Assembly: GCA_964016885.1 (NCBI GenBank)
Contig: OZ024743.1
Coordinates: 90,954,001 to 91,018,000, forward strand
Reading direction: 5' to 3'
Length of the DNA: 64,000 nt
Origin: Eledone cirrhosa
Taxonomy: Eukaryota
How positions within the stretch are numbered: position 1 is the stretch's first letter; each line of letters begins with the position of its first letter. The translations under genes and the position numbers were made by a program. The notes beneath the pieces were generated by a model, which had not been told where the DNA came from, did not search any database, and saw only the letters and a list, made by a program, of their open reading frames with translations. Positions 55,401 to 64,000 of the stretch are shown here, piece by piece.

Positions 55401-57229
55401 CTAGGATACACATAGTTTAACTAGCATACACATGGTATTACTAGGATACACATAGCTTAACTAGCATACACATGGCATTACTAGGATACACATAGCTTAA
55501 CTAGCATACACATGGCATTACTAGGATACACATAGCTTAACTAGCATACACATGGTATTACTAGGATACACATAGCTTAACTAGCATGCACATGGCATTA
55601 CTAGGATACACATAGCTTAACTAGCATACACATGGCATTACTAGGATACACATAGCTTAACTAGCATACACATGGCATTACTAGGATACACATAGCTTAA
55701 CTAGCATACACATGGCATTACTAGGATACACATAGCTTAACTAGCATACACATGGCATTACTAGGATACACATAGCTTAACTAGCATACACATGGCATTA
55801 CTAGGATACACATAGCTTAACTAGCATACACATGGCATTACTAGGATACACATAGCTTAACTAGCATACACATGGTATTACTAGGGTACACATAGTTTAA
55901 CTAGCATACACATGGCATTACTAGGATACACATAGTTTAACTGGCATACACATGGCATTACTAGGGTACACATAGCTTAACTAGCATACACATGGCATTA
56001 CTAGGATACACATAGCTTAACTAGCATACACATGGCATTACTAGGATACATATAGTTTAACTAGCATACACATGGCATTACTAGGATACACATAGCTTAA
56101 CTAGCATACACATGGCATTACTAGGATACACATAGTTTAACTAGCATACACATGGCATTACTAGGATACACATAGCTTAACTAGCATACACATGGCATTA
56201 CTAGGATACATATAGTTTAACTAGCATACACATGGCATTACTAGGATACACATAGCTTAACTAGCATACACATGGCATTACTAGGATACATATAGTTTAA
56301 CTAGCATACACATGGCATTACTAGGATACACATAGCTTAACTAGCATACACATGGAATTACTAGGATACACATAGCTTAACTAGCATACACATGGCATTA
56401 CTAGGATACACATAGTTTAACTAGCATACACATGGCATTACTAGGATACATATAGTTTAACTAGCATACACATGGCATTACTAGGATACACATAGCTTAA
56501 CTAGCATACACATGGCATTACTAGGATACATATAGTTTAACTAGCATACACATGGCATTACTAGGATACACATAGCTTAACTAGCATACACATGGCATTA
56601 CTAGGATACACATAGCTTAACTAGCATACACATGGCATTACTAGGATACACATAGCTTAACTAGCATACACATGGCATTACTAGGATACATATAGTTTAA
56701 CTAGCATACACATGGCATTACTAGGACACACATAGCTTAACTAGCATACACATGGTATTACTAGGATACACATAGCTTAACTAGCATACACATGGCATTA
56801 CTAGGATACATATAGTTTAACTAGCATACACATGGCATTACTAGGACACACATAGCTTAACTAGCATACACATGGCATTACTAGGATACACATAGCTTAA
56901 CTAGCATACACATGGCATTACTAGGATACACATAGTTTAACTAGCATACACATAGCATTACTAGGACACACATAGCTTAACTAGCATACACATGGTATTA
57001 CTAGGATACACATAGCTTAACTAGCATACACATGGCATTACTAGGATACACATAGCTTAACTAGCATACACATGGCATTACTAGGATACACATAGCTTAA
57101 CTAGCATACACATGGCATTACTAGGATACACATAGTTTAACTAGCATACACATGGCATTACTAGGATACACAGCATAATCAGGACATACATACAGCATTA
57201 CTTGAATACACACACCATTACCGAGATAC
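31450..57229 (+). repeat. Satellite array with a 40-bp unit (dimer of 20-bp monomers), ~25.5 kb, roughly 635 units by length
   Basis: Consensus gcattactaggatacacata-gcttaactagcatacacatg, with degenerate edges at 31450-31680 and 57170-57229. Confidence 0.99.
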
Positions 57230-58890
57230 ACATGGTATATCTGAGATACACATGGCATATCTGGTATACACATGGCATATCTGGGATACAAATGGTATAT
57301 CTGGGATACACTCGGCATATCTGGGATACACACAGCATTACCGGAATACACATGGCATATCTGGGATACACATGGCATATCTGGTATACACATGGCATAT
57401 CTGGGATACACATGGCATATCTGGAATACACATGGCATATCTGGGATACACATGGCATATCTGGAATACACATGGCATATCTGGGATACACATGGTATAT
57501 CTGGGATACACTCGGCATATCTGGGATACACACACCATTACCGGAATACACATGGCATATCTGGGATACACATGGCATATCTGGGATACACATGGCATAT
57601 CTGGGATACACATGGTATATCTGGGATACACATGGCATATCTGGGATACACATGGCATATCTGGTATACACATGGCATATCTGGGATACACATGGCATAT
57701 CTGGAATACACATGGCATATCTGGGATACACATGGCATATCTGGGATACACATGGCATATCTGGGATACACATGGTATATCTGGGATACACATGGCATAT
57801 CTGGGATACACATGGCATATCTGGTATACACATGGCATATCTGGGATACACATGGCATATCTGGTATACACATGGCATATCTGGTATACACATGGCATAT
57901 CTGGAATACACATGGCATATCTGGGATACACATGGTATATCTGGGATACACATGGCATATCTGGGATACACATGGCATATCTGGTATACACATGGCATAT
58001 CTGGGATACACATGGCATATCTGGGATACACATGGCATATCTGGGATACACATGGCATATCTGGGATACACATGGCATATCTGGAATACACACACCATTA
58101 CCGGAATACACATGGCATATCTGGGATACACATGGCATATCTGGGATACACATGGCATATCTGGGATACACATGGCATATCTGGGATACACATGGTATAT
58201 CTGGGATACACATGGCATATCTGGGATACACATGGCATATCTGGTATACAGATGGCATATCTGGGATACACATGGCATATCTGGAATACACATGGCATAT
58301 CTGGGATACACATGGTATATCTGGGATACACATGGCATATCTGGGATACACTCGGCATATCTGGGATACACACACCATTACCGGAATACACATGGCATAT
58401 CTGGGATACACATGGCATATCTGGGATACACATGGCATATCTGGGATACACATGGTATATCTGGGATACACATGGTATATCTGGGATACACATGGCATAT
58501 CTGGGATACACATGGCATATCTGGGATACACATGGCATATCTGGTATACACATGGTATATCTGGGATACACATGGTATATCTGGGATACACATGGCATAT
58601 CTGGGACACACATGGCATATCTGGAATACACATGGCATATCTGGGATACACATGGTATATCTGGAATACACATGGCATATCTGGGATACACATGGCATAT
58701 CTGGGATACACATGGTATATCTGGGATACACATGGCATATCTGGGATACACATGGCATATCTGGAATACACATGGCATATCTGGGATACACATGGCATAT
58801 CTGGAATACACATGGCATATCTGGAATACACATGGCATATCTGGGATACACATGGCATATCTGGAATACACATGGCATATCGGGGATACA
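57230..58890 (+). repeat. Related 20-bp satellite block, ~83 units
   Basis: Consensus gcatatctgggatacacatg. It ends about 105 bp from the SLC22 donor site. Confidence 0.98.
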
Positions 58891-58995
58891 CAATTTTCTA
58901 AACTGGGATTAGAGAAAAATATATTTATGAAAAAAAATAAAATAAATAAAATAAAACAAAAGCGGTCCCTATTCTCTCCCTAGCTTTTTACTCAC

Positions 58996-59217
58996 CAAGC
59001 AAACCAAATATTCAGTGACGTTTTGGCTATACTCCATGTATTTAACAGATGAATAATTGTGTAGGTTTTGGTGCTTTCTGTATCAGGTTCTTTAATTCGA
59101 GTGGTAAACTCCTCTGGAAGGGCGCATCTATTTAATTTAGCAATCCGCCTCATGATCTCATTCACCTTCAGAAATTGTTTTCTGGTCATCAACCATCGAA
59201 CAGATTCAGGTAAAAAC
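58996..59217 (-). CDS. SLC22-family organic cation transporter-like gene, internal exon (central cytoplasmic loop); first exon visible in the window
   Basis: Encodes FLPESVRWLMTRKQ...SLNIWFAW, matching the SLC22/MFS PESPRWL motif. Acceptor ctctctag|G at 59219-59218, donor TG|gtgagt at 58995. Length 222 bp, phase 2/2. Upstream exons were not found in the window. Confidence 0.9.
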
Positions 59218-59724
59218 CTAGAGAGAAAGTGTGAATCTTTATTCAACAAAATTCAATTAAGTTATGTAATGTTTACAATAAAAAAAGTATAATGAAAGTA
59301 AGAGGAAGGGGTGGAGGAGCGTCAGACTCTATAACCCCCTACGTCTGGGTCATATAACTCAGCTGTGCTATGCAGACAATATGGTGAAAGCATTGCTGCA
59401 GAGAGAAGCCAATAATGCTTGCTGCATCAGCCACTTTACCTCATAGAGCTCCTTCATAAGGTGGAATGCATTCCTCCCAATTTTGCTGGGGAAATGACAG
59501 TTTGTTGATCAAGGAGACACCAGAGGTTTTGATGGCAACCGGCATGAAAAGAATGATCCTTACACAGCTGTATGGCCGTGAGGAAGAATGGAGGCATATG
59601 AGATGATACTGGTCCAAGGAAGACTCAATCCACATGGAAGTTGACCTACATACCAGTTGCATCGGAATCCTGCATATTGGAGGACATTGAGCCTGTCGTC
59701 AACCCAAATGTCTAAAAACAAAAA

Positions 59725-60003
59725 GGCTAAAGTCTGTCTCAAGCCCAGAGGTTCATTAGGCCAGTGCTTATTCCAGTTTCCTATGCATTAAACAATGGAG
59801 AGTACAAGAATGTCTGTTGGACAGGATGCCAGTCCATTGCAGGTTTAACACCCCAGCTACTGTTGGTACTCATTTTCAGTTGAGTATACAGAAGCAATGT
59901 GAAATGAAGTGATTTGCTCAAGAACCCAATGTACAACTCCGTCCAAGAATCGAACCCACAACATAATGATCGTAAGTCCAACACCCTAACCACCAAGCCA
60001 TGA
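59725..60003 (-). mobile_element. tRNA-derived SINE with V-domain-like core
   Basis: Minus-strand head tggcttggtggttagggtgttggac...gggttcgattc and core cctgcaatggactggcatcctgtcca, resembling the V-SINE domain (from recollection of the consensus). Confidence 0.65.
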
Positions 60004-60457
60004 ATATTAATCCTTAATCAACAGAATTTGAAAAATGAAAAACAAAATTTCTTAATTTACAGCTCACAAGTTTAGCTGGCTTTCTATGAGGTTTCATCTT
60101 GTAGGAAGTTTCTTGGGTGTTTTAAGATAGGAATCAGAGTCATCTCATGGAAAGCAATGTAAAATGAAGCATCTTGTGCAAGAACACATCATGCCATCTG
60201 GTCCAGGAATTGAACCTACAGCCTTATTGTTGTGAGTCCAACACCTTAACTATGAGGCCACAGAATTTGAAAAAAAAAGAAAGAAAACACAGAAACAAAA
60301 TATTACAAAATAAAAATGAGAAGGTTAGAATGTATAAGGAAAGAATCGCTAGATAGATTTTACAGAGTCAACCAGCAGGACCCAGAGGTAGACCACAAGG
60401 AAAATGTTTGAATAACAGTCATAAGCTAACTTGTTCTGATATATATATATATATATA

Positions 60458-60952
60458 TATATCAACTAGCAATTGATTGGCTTATATATCTAAAATAAAC
60501 ACATGAAACAATCACAGGGGATAATTTGTAAAGTGTGTAAGCACACACAGCTAGGTAGGTAACTAATTAAAGTTTAACTAGAACTTCAAATATAGATACC
60601 TTTTAAAAATGATTAATATTCCTTGTATATATTTCATTAAAGAAATATATTTCACCATTAATCCGTAAACTCACAGTAGTCAAATCCCAGATCTTCAGCA
60701 AGGGAGAAGATTTAACTATCTGTGTTTACATATCAAATGCAAATCTGATTAATGGTGAAATATATTTCTTTAATGAAATATATACAAGGAAGATTAATCA
60801 TTTTTAAAAGGTATCTATATTTGAAGTTCTAGTTAAACTTTAATTAGTTACCTACCTAGCTGTGTGTGCTTACACACTTTAAAAATTATCCCCTGTGATT
60901 GTTTCATATGTTTATTTTAGATATATAAGCCAATCAATTGCTAGTTGATATA
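60458..60952. repeat. Near-perfect fold-back palindrome with 206-bp arms
   Basis: 60458-60663 is the reverse complement of 60747-60952 with few mismatches. The spacer is itself partly self-complementary. (TA)n lies on the left and after a ~90-bp tail on the right. Confidence 0.93.
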
Positions 60953-61036
60953 AAATGCTCAGATCTATTCATTGGAATCTTTGAGCTTATTCTATGGTGG
61001 ATATGGCGCATGTCTCTCTGACATGACTCCCTTAAT

Positions 61037-61090
<54 letters not shown>

Positions 61091-61112
61091 GCAAACAGGC
61101 ATATATGTATTT

Positions 61113-61576
<464 letters not shown>

Positions 61577-61788
61577 TATATATATATATATATATAACGA
61601 AGAAAATGTGGTAAGGAACCAGGTGGACCATAACGCACCAAAGTACTCAATACTTAGGGTAGTAGAGTGGGTAATAAGAACGAGTAGGACCCCGACGGCT
61701 GAGCTCAAGCCGTTTCGATGGCTAATTCTGGACTCAGAATTAGCCGTCAAAACGGCTTGAGCTCAGCTGTCGGGGTCCTACTCATTCC

Positions 61789-61819
<31 letters not shown>

Positions 61820-62061
61820 AGTATATATCCCTACACGCAAAAAGCGTCCAGGGACACATGTATTGTCCAACCATATGCCAATGTGGTTCAATGGCAGGTT
61901 AATAAATTAACGAGCCAGAACATATATAATCAAGGTTTAGCAAGTAAGAAAAAGTTTCAGAATAAATTTAAAAAAATTCACTGTACTCACTATGGTTACC
62001 TTTACCAAATCGGTTTCAAGTCTCAAAAATAAATGGATTTCATATTCTCCAAGTGAAAAGA

Positions 62062-62148
62062 ACCTTCTGACGAGAGTTTATCTTTTCAATGGAAGGCCGC
62101 AAGGACTGTCCATTTATTTTTGAAACTCGAAACCGATTCGGTAAAGGT
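62062..62148 (+). ncRNA. Type I hammerhead ribozyme (intact core)
   Basis: acctt CTGACGA gagttt...aaactc GAAA ccg-att-cg GTA aaggt. All three stems pair. Stem II is extended (aatgga/tccatt; cc-GCAA-gg). Predicted cleavage after A62143. Confidence 0.85.
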
Positions 62149-62547
62149 AACCATAGTGAGTACAGTGAATTTTTTTAAATTTATTTTGAAACTTTTTCTT
62201 ATTTGCTAAATCTTGATTATATATGTTCTGGCTCGTTAATTTATTAACCTGCCATTGAACCACATTGGCATATGGTTGGACAATACATGTGTCCCTGGAC
62301 GCTTTTTGCGTGTAGGGATATATACTTTATTATTATTATTCTCCCCTTGATCGAGAAAAAATTTGGTCGTTTTGACTGCTGCTATTTATAGTGGTAGTAG
62401 ACTGACCTCCCTGCCTCTGCTTCTATCTTTACACTCGGCACTGGACAGAATTGCTTCCACATCATTCATTCTCATCTCAGGAACAATTTTGAATAGCGCC
62501 AGTTCGTAATTTGAACTCGGGAATTTTATATTCTCCGAGTGAAAAGA

Positions 62548-62634
62548 ACCTTCTGACGAGGGTTTATCTTTTCAATGGAAGGCCGCAAGGACTGTCCATT
62601 TATTTTTGAGACTCGAAACCGATTCAGTAAAGGT
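62548..62634 (+). ncRNA. Type I hammerhead ribozyme, second copy
   Basis: acctt CTGACGA gggttt...agactc GAAA ccg-att-ca GTA aaggt. Stem II changes give G-U wobbles; stem III has one mismatch. Predicted cleavage after A62629. Confidence 0.75.
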
Positions 62635-62701
62635 AACCATAGTGAGTACAGTGAATTTTTTGAAATTTATTTTGAAACTTTTTCTTATTTGCTAAACCTT
62701 G

Positions 62702-62742
<41 letters not shown>

Positions 62743-62744
62743 CA

Positions 62745-63013
62745 CGCAGAAACTAAAGCATATAGACAGTATGCCCTTACCCAACTCCCATTGTAAAGTG
62801 GTCCTGTAGGCACCATGATAAAAAGCACCCAGTAGTCACTGTAAATGAGGTTGGTGTTAGGAAGGGCATCCAGCTGTAGAAATCAAACCAAAATCAGTTC
62901 TGTATGAACAAGACATAGTCACCTGACCTGGCATTGCCCACAACAGAACAATTCGTCTAATCCATGCTAGTGTGGAAGAATGGACATAAACCGGTGATAA
63001 TGATGATGATGAT
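62745..63013 (+). mobile_element. RTE 3'-end fragment with (GAT)n tail
   Basis: Similar to 26205-26516. Confidence 0.8.
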
Positions 63014-63144
63014 ATGTATATATATAGTTGCAGAAGAGTGTTGTTTATCTTAGTTGTTATGTTGCAACTTCCTGAGGATAAACAGATCCTAGCGATCCAA
63101 AGCACTTCACATCAGTAGTTTATCCCAGGTATATCTCTCTCTCT

Positions 63145-63204
<60 letters not shown>

Positions 63205-63312
63205 GCAGCCAGGCAAACATACACACAGATAGACATATATAGAGACAGTTACAGAGATAGAGGGACTCTTTGACCCAAATGTATAGATAGTAATTGTAAA
63301 GTAACAATATAT

Positions 63313-63498
63313 AATTGTTTCTACTTTTGGCACAAGGCCAGCAATTATCCCAGTGTATTACTGGTACTTTATTTTATGGACCCCGTCAGGATGAAAGGCA
63401 AAGTTAACCTCGGCGGGATTTGAACTCAGACCATAAAGGGCCGTAACTCTTTGCTGCAAAGCATGCCGTCTGACCCTCTACCGATACTGCCAATCCAC
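63313..63498 (-). mobile_element. tRNA-derived SINE family A
   Basis: Reverse-complement copy of the 30519-30712 type. Confidence 0.88.
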
Positions 63499-63502
63499 AA
63501 TA

Positions 63503-64000
63503 TAACAATATATAATATGTAGTGTATCCTTACCACCAATATGGTATAAACAGTAACAATATATAATATGTAGTGTATCCTTACCACCAATATGGTATAA
63601 ACAGTAACAATATATATGTAGTGTATCCTTACCACCAATATGGTATAAACAGTAACAATATATATGTAGTGTATCCTTACCACCAATATGGTATAAACAG
63701 TAACAATATATATATGTAGTGTATCCTTACCACCAATATGGTATGAACAGTAACAATATATATGTAGTGTATCCTTACCACCAATAGGGTATAAACAGTA
63801 ACAATATATAATATGTAGTGTATCCTTACCACCAATATGGTATAAACAGTAACAATATATAATATGTAGTGTATCCTTACCACCAATATGGTATAAACAG
63901 TAACAATATATAATATGTAGTGTATCCTTACCACCAATAGGGTATAAACACTAACAATATATAATATGTAGTGTATCCTTACCACCAATATGGTATAAAC
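63503..64000 (+). repeat. Minisatellite, ~48-51-bp unit, ~10 copies, running off the window end
   Basis: Unit taacaatatataatatgtagtgtatccttaccaccaatatggtataaacag. Confidence 0.95.

Larger units (their letters stand above)
61806..62711 (+). mobile_element. Non-coding PLE-like/retrozyme-like element: inverted arm plus two direct repeats, each carrying a hammerhead
   Basis: Inverted arms 61806-62037 and 62109-62340. Direct repeats ~62038-62224 and ~62524-62711. (TA)n on both flanks. Confidence 0.8.

Noticed and set aside
31450-58890. CRISPR-like regular repeats
   Set aside because: The units are head-to-tail with no unique spacers and no cas genes, in a eukaryotic context. The same applies to 9931-11300 and 27140-27700.
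57121-58983. Long ORFs (up to 593 aa) in all six frames
   Set aside because: They result from a stop-free 20-bp tandem repeat inside an intron; there is no sign of a real gene.
63070-63130. cctgaggataaac...gtttatcccagg hairpin containing CTGAGGA
   Set aside because: There is no correctly placed GAAA or stem III; it is only a simple hairpin.

Overview
This is AT-rich, repeat-dense animal genomic DNA. An octopus or other cephalopod origin is inferred from the SINE/LINE repertoire and microsatellite density. The only host gene I can support is the 3' half of an SLC22-family (organic cation/carnitine transporter-like) MFS gene on the minus strand: five coding exons at 59217-58996, 29756-29542, 28756-28648, 28162-27962 and 27086-26990, with GT-AG junctions and matching phases. 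Its 29.2-kb intron is filled mostly by a ~27-kb satellite (40-bp dimer block plus 20-bp monomer block) with kb-scale higher-order duplications. The rest is mobile DNA: two RTE LINEs, CR1-, Tx1/L1- and CRE-like fragments, many tRNA-derived SINEs, a long-TIR MITE, Helitron-like ends, a probable solo LTR, and several Penelope-like element (PLE) derivatives. Three observations stand out. (1) A PLE fragment near 18.3 kb has in-frame TGA codons exactly at two zinc-binding Cys positions that are Cys in a related PLE in this window, making it a candidate selenocysteine-encoding retroelement with a C-terminal endonuclease. (2) A non-coding element at 61.8-62.7 kb carries two hammerhead ribozymes 486 nt apart, a retrozyme-like candidate for a circular RNA. 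(3) Four more hammerhead-like motifs lie at 12-16 kb, and fold-back palindromes cluster at 60.4-62.3 kb.
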